A program made the position numbers and the translations under genes. A stretch of 64,000 nucleotides of DNA from a virus. The notes under the pieces were generated by a model that saw only the letters and a program-made list of their open reading frames with translations, was not told the origin of the DNA and did no database searches. The stretch lies in the IMG/VR virus record IMGVR_UViG_3300020182_000012; one strand, 5' to 3'. Shown piece after piece: positions 38,201-48,180 of the stretch (within the stretch, counting starts at the first letter, position 1; each line of letters starts with the position of its first letter).

Positions 38201-38664
38201 ATCACTTTACTACAGACTTTAGCAGTGGCTATTTGCCATCTGGGCCTGACCTAAACACAGGACGAAGTGGCACACAATATTTTACATTTGCATTCCGTAG
38301 AGCAACAATGGCCAACTTTGACATTAGTTTAAACAGTGCAACAGGTATTACTGGACTTTGGATTGCTGCACCTGGTACTACTATTGACGATGCAAGCACT
38401 GCAAACGGCTGGGTTAATGGTACTGTACAGTATGCAGGTTCGGGTGTACCTGGGGACGACACCGGTAACGGTGGTAATGGATCTTTGGGTTGTGCACTCA
38501 CTGGTGCTGATGTAATACCAACAGGTAGTACAATTAATGCTGCCTATACTATGACATTAGGTAGTGAAAACAGTTCAAATTCAACTGGTAACAACGTATT
38601 AGTTCGCATTGCATTAGCAAGCGGAGAATCACTTACCAGCGTTAGTGTAGGAGTAGCAAGCTAA
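35278..38664 (+). CDS. PKD-domain virion fibre/appendage protein
   Basis: Repeated WDFGDG/LDWGDG/WAFGDG..H.Y...G.YTV.L PKD motifs. Confidence 0.7.
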   Translation: MAIARVSGNALANDLQRSTNLAISTDALYIDVANSRIGVNTTSTTHAITTPDDASIGNVVITGNSITSNLGNLDLSGSELNLGAVEDITITGGSSGTVLSTDGAGVLSFIPISNVGGLTGNVISLGTPTDGDLTTNVAYNDWTTNTFVTDGLDDLNQVALNIANGTYVGQVEFTGTPVAGPSPQTVTFSGSLVGTADNYLWDFGDGNTSTSGLNVSHTYNDDGGGQFTVSLTAFNSDGTYQGNVSLGAKGSVDTRTRTNYITLYTPNPVPAFTITDNSIDSGALAEINNTSTNVTSSYELDWGDGVANTNPALGWTTLTNTYTNSGGDEQYTIVLAGTSSTAGPTPVTVYSAPGTVSVYSDHTSQFTASATTLVNEEATSGGVVTFTNTVATDPGTTAVFGSQQKYLWTWDDGSVANVNIQSGVAGNPGSTIDHTFALSSGNQASGTSQTFDVTLQVRNGSTNSPFVSGTTTITIEPDVRSIYTGSAVTLSDRTGDNAQDGYVFTDYRDGADRALFTFDNISQNATIFDWAFGDGNTTGNITSGAGTPGNGNITNTYSSTGNYTVELDVYGTPATIAQSDSEVKSNYIQINANPAQPGALSTKTLSLQDSSQGTSPLLAANATDNSGGNIVAAGSSVTRYTTTTTINTNNVTNANTAISGTLSAQFNGSAAGNVTFTSSGDASGTYTDLIVVADGDAHDEISASTYPSGFAKVFDARWQRALSGISVGYNDAKLSHTTTGDTNLVDFVKDDMTDVPTVVQGNAVIVEQTAGTYRYISGVPYYNTGSPAIQIQGLEVSNLTGQTYRNTSQPIQFTTGTLAEGTSGSIINTQTKTYSDINGTPSFVTAGIVNADVGVASPQPMGNITLSVNGSARAVGYVDSQMFNVNGSSGVVNITNQYIQIYSASLSGFDEQNIPVADALGSVFDDDGLRITGLGSAADNPAFNSATNYYTSNAWSGAETIAGTQEAVVRWGTLDHFTTDFSSGYLPSGPDLNTGRSGTQYFTFAFRRATMANFDISLNSATGITGLWIAAPGTTIDDASTANGWVNGTVQYAGSGVPGDDTGNGGNGSLGCALTGADVIPTGSTINAAYTMTLGSENSSNSTGNNVLVRIALASGESLTSVSVGVAS

Positions 38665-39941
38665 TGGCACTCGCAGATAGCACTAAAGTTGATTTTCTTT
38701 GGAAGAAGCTAGGGTTTGGCGTTGCTAAAACTGCTCCTCCCTCAAATAAAGAAGCGTTCAATGAAAGTATACCATCGCCGCTATTAATGCGTGGTGATAG
38801 AGTTTGGCAGCAATCTGGAACTATTCCTAGTGTTAAACCGAGTTCATCTAGTAGTATTGTGGAAGTCTATCAGGATGCAGCAGGCGGCCAGTCAACTGTT
38901 GAAACCACTGAAGATTTAACAGCGCCAGACAACCAAACCTGGAAAACTAATTTAACAGATTGGATCCCAACTGAATTTGGATCAACTTATCTTGTTAAAG
39001 TTTATGTCGACAACGAAGGCGCAGCAAATCCACAAAGCACAGGAACACAATTATTCCAAAGCGGTAGTGGCAACGAAGACGGCTGGTTCTTTGATTATCA
39101 AGCAGGTGTACTTAACTTTAACGGCGAAAATATTCCAAGTCAAATAGATACAGGTGTTACAGGAAAATCAATTTATATTGTTGGTGCTAGATATGTTGGC
39201 ACGTTTGGAGTTGGATCAAGTAGCCAGCTTGGTAACTTAACAGTTGCCGACACTACACTCGGCACAGTAAATGCAGGAGATAATATTATCCTTGAAGTTA
39301 CTGGCAGCGGCACAGTGCAAATTGATACAACAACTGCTCTCGGCATTGCTGTCGGAAACACAGCCCAGCGCCCCGGCTCACCAGAGACTGGGGATTTAAG
39401 ATTTAATACAACAACCGGATTTGTTGAAGTATATGATGGCACTAGCTGGGACAATGTAGGCGGCAGCGAATTTGGTTCAATTACTAGCCAAACACTAACT
39501 GGTGATGATAGTACAACTGCATTTACACTAAATCAAGCAGCAAGCACTGCTGGTATTATTGTTAGTATTAACGGTACCATCCAAGAACCAACGAGCTCCT
39601 ACAGCGTTAGCGGTACCACAATAACATTTACCGAAGCTCCAGCTACTGGGGACACAATCGAAGTAAGATTTATTAGTGCTGTTACTACGGTGTCTAGTAT
39701 TACAAATCTTAGCGGTAATGCAACAGTTGAGGTGTTAACAAACGGTGTTGTTGAAATGAGCACTGTACAGAGTTTACAATTGCCGACCTATACTGTAGCC
39801 ACTGCGGCTAACATTGCTAATGTTGCAGACGGGCAAATAATCTACGTCAGTGATGGTGACGGCGGCAGTCCAAGCCTAGCAGTATACAGTGTTAACAATT
39901 GGAAAAAAGTTTTATTATCTGGAAATATTAGTGCCGTATAA
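38664..39941 (+). CDS. Tail-fibre-associated structural protein
   Basis: FDYQAGVL.F; GNTAQRP..RFNT and GDDSTTAFTL modules. Confidence 0.6.
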   Translation: MALADSTKVDFLWKKLGFGVAKTAPPSNKEAFNESIPSPLLMRGDRVWQQSGTIPSVKPSSSSSIVEVYQDAAGGQSTVETTEDLTAPDNQTWKTNLTDWIPTEFGSTYLVKVYVDNEGAANPQSTGTQLFQSGSGNEDGWFFDYQAGVLNFNGENIPSQIDTGVTGKSIYIVGARYVGTFGVGSSSQLGNLTVADTTLGTVNAGDNIILEVTGSGTVQIDTTTALGIAVGNTAQRPGSPETGDLRFNTTTGFVEVYDGTSWDNVGGSEFGSITSQTLTGDDSTTAFTLNQAASTAGIIVSINGTIQEPTSSYSVSGTTITFTEAPATGDTIEVRFISAVTTVSSITNLSGNATVEVLTNGVVEMSTVQSLQLPTYTVATAANIANVADGQIIYVSDGDGGSPSLAVYSVNNWKKVLLSGNISAV

Positions 39942-40137
39942 CGCCGTGTGAACAGATTATAAAAAAAAATAGCAGAATTTATTTTTCTTAATTATTTATA
40001 AATAACAGTAATAGAATACGTAATATTCTGTTAACGTAATTAATAAGCGTGACTGGCGATGTGAGAGCCCGTGGGTGAGTAGCATAGCTGAAGATACCTT
40101 ATATTAAAACCGGTTTAATATTTGGAGATAATAAAAC

Positions 40138-43100
40138 ATGGCTATAACCAGAATTAAGAATAACCAGATTACCGACAGTACTATTGTCGCTAGTTCTAAA
40201 CTAGTTGACAACAGTATTAGTGCAGGTAAGCTGGCAGACGATCTGGTATACGGTAGTAACCTTACCGTAACAGGAAATCTAACAGTACAAGGTACAAGTA
40301 CAACACTTGATACTGTAAACACACTAATCGAAGATCCAATCTTGCTATTGGCTAAAGATCAAACCGGCTCGCCCGTTTTTGACATTGGCTTTGTCGGCGA
40401 ACGTGGGGATTCAACTAATATCGCATGGATTTGGGACGAAAGTGCAAGTGAATTTGCAGCAGGGTTCACATCAGCAGATGCAAGTGGCAACGTGGTTGCG
40501 CTATCAAGTTATGCTGATGCACAAGTTGCAGACCTTACATTGGTCAACATGGCACCAAGTGGTAACGTAACAACAGCACTAAATGTTGATGCTACAATCG
40601 AAGCTGGTACTTCTATCGAAGCGCCAACACTAACAGACGGTACAATGAGTATCAATGCTGGTAGTATCACAGGTGGCGTAGCTGCTACATTCAGTGGTAA
40701 CGTAAGTGCTGGTAACTTGATTACTGCTGGTGCTCTTGAAGCAGCAGCACTAACTGCAACCGGTAATGTAACTGGTGGCAATATTGTATCACAAGCAGAC
40801 GTAACAACTGTTAGCGTAACTGCAAGTGGCACCGTCGAAGGTGGCACATTAACTGATGGTACTGCAAGTCTTAACGCAGGCAGTATCACAGGTGGTGTTG
40901 CTGCTACGTTTAGTGGTAATGTTGATAGTGGTAATGTTAACACAACATTGGTTGATGCAACTACACTAACAGCAAGTGGTACTGTAACAGGCGGTACACT
41001 AACTGATGGTACACTATCTAGTACAGCTGGTACTGTAACAGGTGGCGTAGCTGCTACATTTAGTGGCAATGTTGATTCAGGCAATGTTAACACAACATTG
41101 GTTGATGCAACTACACTAACAGCAAGTGGTACTGTAACAGGTGGCACATTAACTGATGGTACAGCAAGTATTACTGCTGGTACACTAACAGGCGGCGTAG
41201 CTGCTACGTTTAGTGGCAATGTAACTGCTGGTAACTTGATTACAGGCGGTGCACTTGAAGCACAAGCACTAACAGCCATTGGTAATGTAACTGGTGGCAA
41301 TATTGTATCACTAGCAGACGTAACAACTGTCTCTGTAACAGCATCAGGTACTGTTGAAGGTGGTACACTAACTGATGGCACTGCTACACTAACTGGTGGT
41401 AGTATCACAGGTGGCGTTGCTGCTACGTTCAGTGGTAATGTTGACAGTGGTAATGTTAACACAACACTAGTTGATGCAACTACATTGACTGCAAGTGGCA
41501 CTGTAACAGGTGGCACATTAACTGATGGCACATTGAGTTCAACTGGTGGTACTGTAACAGGTGGCGTAGCTGCTACATTCAGTGGTCAAGTAAGTGCTGG
41601 TACACTAACTGATGGCACATTGAGTATCAACTCAGGTGCAATCACAGGCGGAACTAATGCTACATTTACTGGTACAGTACAGGGCCTAGACGTAACCGCA
41701 ACTGGCAACGTAAATGCTAGTGTGGTTAACACAACTGACGTTAAAGGTACTTCGGTAACTCTTACTGCAACTGGCACAAATGAAGACATTGTTCTTCTTC
41801 CAAGTGGCACAGGCGTTATTGATGCGAGTAGTGCAAAAATTGTTTCTCTTGCAGATCCAGTACAAGATAGTGACGCAGCCAATAAAGGCTATGTTGACAG
41901 TGTTGCAGAAGGTCTTGACGTTAAAGGTTCAACTAGAGCCGCAACTGCTACTGCTCTACCAGCCAACACATACAACAACGGTTCATCTGGTGTAGGTGCT
42001 ACACTAACAGGTAATGCCAACGGTGCATTGGCTAATCAAGATGATGTTGTAATGGCACAAGGCGATAGACTACTTGTTAAAGACGAATCTACTGCCGCAA
42101 ACAATGGTATCTATGTTGTAACTACACTTGGTGACGCAGGCACTGCCTACGTTCTAACTCGTGCAGAAGACATGGATGGTTCACCTACTAGTGAAATTCC
42201 AGGTGCGTTTACTTTTGTTGAAGAAGGCACAGTATACCTTGATAGTGGTTGGGTTTGTACAACAAACGCTCCGGTTACTATGGGTACAACTGCTATTAAC
42301 TGGAGTCAGTTCTCCGGTGCTGGTTCAATTGTAGCAGGCGACGGTCTATCTAAATCAGGTAATGAGCTATCTGTAAATGTTGACGAAACTACAACTACAA
42401 TCACTGCTGATGCAGTTGTTGTTAAAGCAGGCGCACAGTTTGTAACACCAGATATTGGTGCTGCTACCGGTACAAGTCTAACTGCAACAGGCACCGTTGA
42501 AGGTGCTACACTAACTGATGGTACTGCAAGTATTAATGCTGGTACACTAACAGGCGGCGTAGCCGCTACATTCAGTGGTAACGTTGACAGTGGTAATGTT
42601 AACACAACACTAGTTGATGCAACTACTGTAACAGCAAGTGGCACTGTAACAGGTGGTACACTAACAGACGGCACGTTGAGTTCAACTGGTGGTACTGTAA
42701 CTGGCGGCGTAGCTGCTACATTCAGTGGCAATGTCGACAGTGGTAATGTTAACACAACACTAGTTGATGCAACTACATTGACTGCAAGTGGCACTGTAAC
42801 AGGTGGTACACTAACTGATGGTACTGCAAGTATTACTGCTGGTACACTAACAGGTGGTGTTGCTGCTACATTCAGTGGTAACGTAACTGCCGGTAACTTG
42901 ATTACAGGTGGTGCACTTGAAGCACAAGCACTAACTGCAACCGGTAATGTAACTGGTGGCAATATTGTATCACTAGCAGACGTCACAACAGTATCTGTAA
43001 CTGCAAGTGGCACTGTTGAAGGCGGTACACTAACTGATGGTACTGCAAGTATTAATGCCGGTACATTAACAGGTGGTGTTGCTGCTACATTCAGTGGTAA

Positions 43101-45573
43101 CGTTGACAGTGGTAATGTTAACACAACACTAGTTGATGCAACTACTGTAACAGCAAGTGGTACTGTAACTGGTGGCACATTAACTGATGGCACATTGAGT
43201 TCAACATCTGGTACAATCACAGGTGGCGTAGCTGCTACATTCAGTGGCACTGTCGAAGGTGGCACATTAACTGATGGCACTGCTACACTAACTGGTGGTA
43301 CACTAACAGGTGGTGTTGCTGCTACATTCAGTGGTAACGTTGATTCAGGTAATGTTAACACAACATTGGTTGATGCAACTACATTGACTGCAAGTGGTAC
43401 TGTAACTGGTGGTACACTAACTGATGGTACACTATCTAGTACAGCTGGTACAATCACAGGCGGTGTTGCTGCTACGTTTAGTGGCAATGTTGACAGTGGT
43501 AATGTTAACACTACTGGTGTATTTGCAGATGCAGGCACTTTTGGTAACATTACTGTTAATACTGATAGTATTGATAGTGTTGGTGAAACTATTACACTAA
43601 ACACTGACAGTCAAGATGTTGATGTTCACATTGAGAACGCAGCAGGTAATGTATATGTAAAAGCAGATGCAGGTTCCTCAAGTGTTGCTATTGGTGAGAA
43701 CGCTACTCAAACCACAGGTGCTACGCTTAAAGTAGGAAGTACCGACAGTATGATGATTCCGGTTGGGACCACAGGCGAACGCCCTGGTACTCCAGCAACT
43801 GGTATGATTCGTTTCAATACTTCGTTGGATCAGTTTGAATTCTATGACAATGACAGTTGGACAACAGCTGGTGTTGAATTCACAGTTATTGCTAGTGAAA
43901 CATTCTCAGGCGATGATAGTACAGTAGCATTTACACTATCAACTACTCAAACTACTGCTAGTTGTATTGTTAGTATCAACGGTGTGGTACAGCTACCAAC
44001 AACAGCATACGGTGTTAGCGGAACAACATTGACATTTACTGAAGCTCCAGCAACAGGCGATGACATTGAAGTTCGCGAAATCACAACCACAACAACTATT
44101 GCTAGTCTGTCAAACGGTGATGCCACTGCTGTAGTTGAAACACTAACTGGTGTACCGACTGTGCAAGTTACAGGTAACATGTTGCCAGTAGCTAACGTAT
44201 CACAAAACCTTGGTAGTACAGATAAACGCTGGAACGAATTGTTCCTAGCAGGCAGTACAATTACACTTGGTAACGTTGTTATTAAAAACACAGGCGGTAA
44301 TGCTGTTGGCTTCTTTGGCCCAGACGGAACTACACCAGGCACAATTGATGCAAACGTTGAGATTGCTGGTGACAGTATCCAGAGCGGTACTTCATTGGTT
44401 GACTTTGCAGGTGTAAACGGTAACGTTAACATTACTTCTGGTGGCGTAGCATCTATGATTGCTACAACAGACGGTGCTAACGTAACTGGTAACTTAACTG
44501 CTAGTGGTAACATTGCAGCATCCAGCTTCATTGGTGACGGTAGTCAGCTAACTGGCATTGACGCTACACAGATCCAAAATGGCACAACTAGTGTTGCTAC
44601 TGCGTTAAATGGTGATGTTACAGTTACAAGAGGCGGCACATTAAGTGCAACCTTTACTGCGGCTGGTATGACTGGTGACGTAATAGGTGATGTAACTGGT
44701 AGTGCTGACACACTTTCAACTGCTAGGGCAATTGCACTAAGTGGTGCTGTAACTGGTACTGCTAACTTTGATGGTAGTTCGGGTATTACTATTGCAACAA
44801 CTGCAACAAGTGATCCAACTATTACACTATCAGGTGCAGTAACTGGATCAGGTACATTAACCAATCTAGGTGATGTTACTATTGCAACAACTGCAACAGC
44901 AGATCCAACAATCACACTTGCTGGTGATCTAACTGGTAGTGCAACACTTACTAACCTAGGTGACGCAACACTAACAGCAACTATTGCAGCCAATTCGGTT
45001 GCACTTGGTACTGATACAACTGGAAACTATGTTGGTGCAGGTGCTACAAGTGGTAGTGGTATTAGTGGTAGTGTAAGCAATGAAGGTGGAACATTTACTG
45101 TTACATCAAACGCTACAAGTGCTAACACAGCAAACACTATTGTATTCCGCGATGGCAGTGGCAACTTTAGTGCCGGTACAATCACAGCAACATCAACGTC
45201 AGCTCAGTATGCTGACTTGGCAGAGATGTATGCAGCAGATGCAGACATTGAAGCAGGTACTGTTGTAATGTTTGGCGGAGAAGGCAAAGTTGCAGCATGT
45301 GACAGTGAAAACTGTCGTGCAGTAGCGGGTATTATCTCAACTGATCCAGCTCACTTGATGAACAGCACTCAAGAAGGTGTTGCTCTTGCACTAGCAGGTC
45401 GTGTTCCTTGTAAGGTAACAGGCCCTGTAGCAGCAGGTGACTTGATGGTATCAGCTGGTAATGGTCGTGCAATGGCTAACAACGATGCAGCAATGGGTAC
45501 AGTAATTGGTAAAGCAATCGAAGCTCACGAAGGCGGCGAAGGCGTTATCGAAGTACTAGCACTAATGATGTAA
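40138..45573 (+). CDS. Long tail fibre with internal repeats and C-terminal YADLAE (intramolecular-chaperone-like) domain
   Basis: 1811 aa, T/G/A/S-rich; DAANK.YVD; AQYADLAEMY...GIIST.PA.LMN...AL.GRVPCKV. Confidence 0.8.
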   Translation: MAITRIKNNQITDSTIVASSKLVDNSISAGKLADDLVYGSNLTVTGNLTVQGTSTTLDTVNTLIEDPILLLAKDQTGSPVFDIGFVGERGDSTNIAWIWDESASEFAAGFTSADASGNVVALSSYADAQVADLTLVNMAPSGNVTTALNVDATIEAGTSIEAPTLTDGTMSINAGSITGGVAATFSGNVSAGNLITAGALEAAALTATGNVTGGNIVSQADVTTVSVTASGTVEGGTLTDGTASLNAGSITGGVAATFSGNVDSGNVNTTLVDATTLTASGTVTGGTLTDGTLSSTAGTVTGGVAATFSGNVDSGNVNTTLVDATTLTASGTVTGGTLTDGTASITAGTLTGGVAATFSGNVTAGNLITGGALEAQALTAIGNVTGGNIVSLADVTTVSVTASGTVEGGTLTDGTATLTGGSITGGVAATFSGNVDSGNVNTTLVDATTLTASGTVTGGTLTDGTLSSTGGTVTGGVAATFSGQVSAGTLTDGTLSINSGAITGGTNATFTGTVQGLDVTATGNVNASVVNTTDVKGTSVTLTATGTNEDIVLLPSGTGVIDASSAKIVSLADPVQDSDAANKGYVDSVAEGLDVKGSTRAATATALPANTYNNGSSGVGATLTGNANGALANQDDVVMAQGDRLLVKDESTAANNGIYVVTTLGDAGTAYVLTRAEDMDGSPTSEIPGAFTFVEEGTVYLDSGWVCTTNAPVTMGTTAINWSQFSGAGSIVAGDGLSKSGNELSVNVDETTTTITADAVVVKAGAQFVTPDIGAATGTSLTATGTVEGATLTDGTASINAGTLTGGVAATFSGNVDSGNVNTTLVDATTVTASGTVTGGTLTDGTLSSTGGTVTGGVAATFSGNVDSGNVNTTLVDATTLTASGTVTGGTLTDGTASITAGTLTGGVAATFSGNVTAGNLITGGALEAQALTATGNVTGGNIVSLADVTTVSVTASGTVEGGTLTDGTASINAGTLTGGVAATFSGNVDSGNVNTTLVDATTVTASGTVTGGTLTDGTLSSTSGTITGGVAATFSGTVEGGTLTDGTATLTGGTLTGGVAATFSGNVDSGNVNTTLVDATTLTASGTVTGGTLTDGTLSSTAGTITGGVAATFSGNVDSGNVNTTGVFADAGTFGNITVNTDSIDSVGETITLNTDSQDVDVHIENAAGNVYVKADAGSSSVAIGENATQTTGATLKVGSTDSMMIPVGTTGERPGTPATGMIRFNTSLDQFEFYDNDSWTTAGVEFTVIASETFSGDDSTVAFTLSTTQTTASCIVSINGVVQLPTTAYGVSGTTLTFTEAPATGDDIEVREITTTTTIASLSNGDATAVVETLTGVPTVQVTGNMLPVANVSQNLGSTDKRWNELFLAGSTITLGNVVIKNTGGNAVGFFGPDGTTPGTIDANVEIAGDSIQSGTSLVDFAGVNGNVNITSGGVASMIATTDGANVTGNLTASGNIAASSFIGDGSQLTGIDATQIQNGTTSVATALNGDVTVTRGGTLSATFTAAGMTGDVIGDVTGSADTLSTARAIALSGAVTGTANFDGSSGITIATTATSDPTITLSGAVTGSGTLTNLGDVTIATTATADPTITLAGDLTGSATLTNLGDATLTATIAANSVALGTDTTGNYVGAGATSGSGISGSVSNEGGTFTVTSNATSANTANTIVFRDGSGNFSAGTITATSTSAQYADLAEMYAADADIEAGTVVMFGGEGKVAACDSENCRAVAGIISTDPAHLMNSTQEGVALALAGRVPCKVTGPVAAGDLMVSAGNGRAMANNDAAMGTVIGKAIEAHEGGEGVIEVLALMM
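40630..41660 (+). repeat. Coding repeat array 1 of the long tail fibre
   Basis: Repeated GGTLTDGT....G..TGGVAATFSGNV units; bounds approximate. Confidence 0.85.
42480..43520 (+). repeat. Coding repeat array 2 of the long tail fibre
   Basis: Same unit family as array 1; bounds approximate. Confidence 0.85.
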
Positions 45574-45593
45574 TCATTACTTAAAATATTAAG

Positions 45594-45622
45594 AATAGCA
45601 GGGTTCGCCCTGCTATTTTTTT
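45594..45622 (+). terminator. Rho-independent terminator
   Basis: AATAGCAGGG-TTCG-CCCTGCTATT followed by a T run. Confidence 0.9.
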
Positions 45623-45691
45623 GGCCAAAAACCTATAACGCATTTGTATTGTCAACAACGATAAATATACAAAAGCAAGGATTGCAACAAC

Positions 45692-47050
45692 ATGGGATTA
45701 ACTAGGCCAAGAGCCCACCAATTACAGGATATTGACTATAAACAAACAGCTCGTGCTGTTACGTCGAGCAACATCACACTAAGTGGCGGTACACCAGCAA
45801 CTGTTGACGGTGTTAGTCTTCTTGTTGATGATAGAGTACTGGTTAATGGACAAACAGATCAAACCGAAAATGGAATTTACTATGTAACCACACTGGGATC
45901 TGGGTCTAACGGAACATGGGCAAGAACCGGTGATGCGAATGCCACAGGCGAAATGAATTCAGGTATGATCATTATGGTCACCGAAGGCACTGGGTTTGCT
46001 GACACACAATGGATGCTTACCACTGACGGCACAATTACAATCGGAACAACAAACATTGTGTTTGCACAAACTAGTTCAAACGCATTTGGTATCGTTGCTG
46101 TTGCAGGACAAGACAATCTTTTTGCCGACAGTGTTGGTGACACACTTACAATATCTGCTGGTACAAATCTTGCACTAACAACCAATGCATCAACAGATAC
46201 ACTTACAATTACACCAAGTTTAACACCATCACTTACCAGTGTGACTGCCACAACGTTTAGTGGCAGTGGTGCAAGTTTAACTGCGTTAAATGGAAGTAAC
46301 ATAAGTACAGGCACTGTTGCGGCAGCAAGGGTAGCAACACTTAACCAAAATACAACAGGGACAGCCGGTGGTCTAAGTAGTGCAGTAACAGTGTCGTTGA
46401 CTGGTGATGTTACAGGTAGTGCCACATTTACTAATGCAGGTGATACAGCAAGTATTAGTACAACAATTGCAGCTAACTCAGTTGCACTAGGAACTGATAC
46501 AACTGGTAACTATGTTGCAACAGGTGCAGTAAGTGGTGTTGGTCTAAGTGGTAGTTCAAGTAGTGAAGGTGGAACATTTACTGTTACATCAAATGCTACA
46601 GATGCTAACACTGCTAGTACCATAGTTGCACGTGATGGCAGTGGTAACTTTAGTGCTGGCACAATCACGGCAACATCAACATCAGCACAGTATGCTGACT
46701 TGGCAGAAAAATACACAACTGATCAAGAATATCCAATTGGTACAGTTATGAAAGTAAGTACACATGACAATTATGAAACTGATGCAGCTATGTTAAACAG
46801 TATTGCAATAGGTGTTATATCTGCAGAACCAGCATACCTAATGAATAGTGACAGTGAAGGACAAGCAATTGGACTTAAAGGGCGTGTTCCGGTTAGGGTA
46901 GTTGGTGCAGTTAAAAAAGGTGATGCAGTTTATTGCAGCGACAATGGTACTGCAAGTGCAGAATTTACTGGTTGTTGTTTGGTTGGTATTGCTCTAGAAT
47001 CAAACAGCAACGAATCAGAGAAATTAGTTGAATGTGTATTAAAAACATAA
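45692..47050 (+). CDS. Second tail-fibre protein with YADLAE C-terminal domain
   Basis: DRVLV..Q....ENGIY module; C-terminal half similar to that of 40138..45573. Confidence 0.75.
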   Translation: MGLTRPRAHQLQDIDYKQTARAVTSSNITLSGGTPATVDGVSLLVDDRVLVNGQTDQTENGIYYVTTLGSGSNGTWARTGDANATGEMNSGMIIMVTEGTGFADTQWMLTTDGTITIGTTNIVFAQTSSNAFGIVAVAGQDNLFADSVGDTLTISAGTNLALTTNASTDTLTITPSLTPSLTSVTATTFSGSGASLTALNGSNISTGTVAAARVATLNQNTTGTAGGLSSAVTVSLTGDVTGSATFTNAGDTASISTTIAANSVALGTDTTGNYVATGAVSGVGLSGSSSSEGGTFTVTSNATDANTASTIVARDGSGNFSAGTITATSTSAQYADLAEKYTTDQEYPIGTVMKVSTHDNYETDAAMLNSIAIGVISAEPAYLMNSDSEGQAIGLKGRVPVRVVGAVKKGDAVYCSDNGTASAEFTGCCLVGIALESNSNESEKLVECVLKT

Positions 47051-47065
47051 GGGTAGTATAAAATA

Positions 47066-47755
47066 ATGTCTGAAAGATATCGTAATGAATATGATGGCGA
47101 GTTTGTTATAATCAGTAATACTATCAAAGATGGAAAAAAACATCAAGAAAGAGAATGGATTGCAAATCCGATTGAGAACCAACATATTTCAGGCCGGGCT
47201 GCAATTATTGGACATGGCGAAAGTCGTTTTCACACATCTGCTGGCGGAAAATTTAATTTAAAAAATCACATACAGAAACATGCCGGGGGGCACTTGTCAC
47301 GTAAACGCCTGCAAAGTTATGGTTGCCAGGGCTCTTGGAAAGATTTAGTGTGTGATTTTTATGTTGACTTTGAAATTCCTGTACTAGACGAACTAGTTGC
47401 AACAGAATATACTGAGAAAACCAGTGTTTACAGTAATGCACGAAATTGTATTACAACGCCTGGAGAATTTTATCTTGTTCCTTACGGATACAGAGGGAGA
47501 TCGGTTGCGGTTGCAACATGGCTAGCATGCTTTGACGGACACAAAGAAATATTTCTAATTGGTGTCGACGGCACACATGCTGATTTTCAAAAAGATGAAA
47601 CTGCAATAGCACAAATAAACAACGTCATGGCAACATACCCGTCAGTAAAATTTGTGCATGTAAGCGACACTGTTGCAACCCCTGATGTGTGGCGCAATAA
47701 TCAGAATGTGGAAAGATGGGATTATGCTAAGTTTGTTTCACTTTGTGATATATGA
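47066..47755 (+). CDS. Hypothetical protein, Maf/DUF115-like (resembles 33220)
   Basis: AAIIG.GESR, YGC, A..LA..DGH..IFLIG.D. Confidence 0.45.
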   Translation: MSERYRNEYDGEFVIISNTIKDGKKHQEREWIANPIENQHISGRAAIIGHGESRFHTSAGGKFNLKNHIQKHAGGHLSRKRLQSYGCQGSWKDLVCDFYVDFEIPVLDELVATEYTEKTSVYSNARNCITTPGEFYLVPYGYRGRSVAVATWLACFDGHKEIFLIGVDGTHADFQKDETAIAQINNVMATYPSVKFVHVSDTVATPDVWRNNQNVERWDYAKFVSLCDI

Positions 47756-48180
47756 AACTTCTTCACAGTATTAATTTTTTCTAATACTTCTTCAAATTTA
47801 ATAGTAGTCCACAATCCAGGGTGCAAAGGTCTCGGTTTAACACCAGAATCAATCCAGGCGTAACCGTGGTGCTCGTTATTAAGAACAGGCACAAACTCGG
47901 TGTCAATTAAACAAAAAAATGTATGATAACTAAAATTCTCGTCAGCACTTGTAAATTTTTCAATTGGCACAAGTTTAACTATCTCTGGCCACATGCCAAT
48001 TTCTTCTTGGCATTCTCGTTGTATAGCGTTACTTAAACTTTCGCCAACTTCGACTTTACCACCTGGCAATCCCCAGCACCCAGGATTTTTAGGATCGTTG
48101 CGTAGTAAGTAAAGATATCGATTGGTTTGTATGCTGTAAAACCAAACACCAACGGCGCTAATCAAAGTACCAGGCTCCAT
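47722..48180 (-). CDS. NUDIX hydrolase
   Basis: Nudix box GGKVEVGESLSNAIQRECQEEIG. Confidence 0.9.
   Translation of the reverse strand: MEPGTLISAVGVWFYSIQTNRYLYLLRNDPKNPGCWGLPGGKVEVGESLSNAIQRECQEEIGMWPEIVKLVPIEKFTSADENFSYHTFFCLIDTEFVPVLNNEHHGYAWIDSGVKPRPLHPGLWTTIKFEEVLEKINTVKKFHISQSETNLA

Noticed and set aside
40050-40095. Glycine riboswitch (GAGAG...CTGAAG resemblance)
   Set aside because: Lacks the required stems and the CAGG element
40630-43520. Repeats as a CRISPR or other guide array
   Set aside because: Units stay in frame, vary at synonymous positions and have no unique spacers
40509-44993. Long antisense ORFs (340, 432, 194, 149 aa) within the tail-fibre gene
   Set aside because: Shadow frames of repetitive Thr/Gly/Ala codons; Val/Pro-rich, no RBS; the same applies to most short overlapping ORFs in the track
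44975-47050. Diversity-generating retroelement TR/VR pair
   Set aside because: Differences are not adenine-specific, both copies are coding, and no reverse transcriptase is in the window
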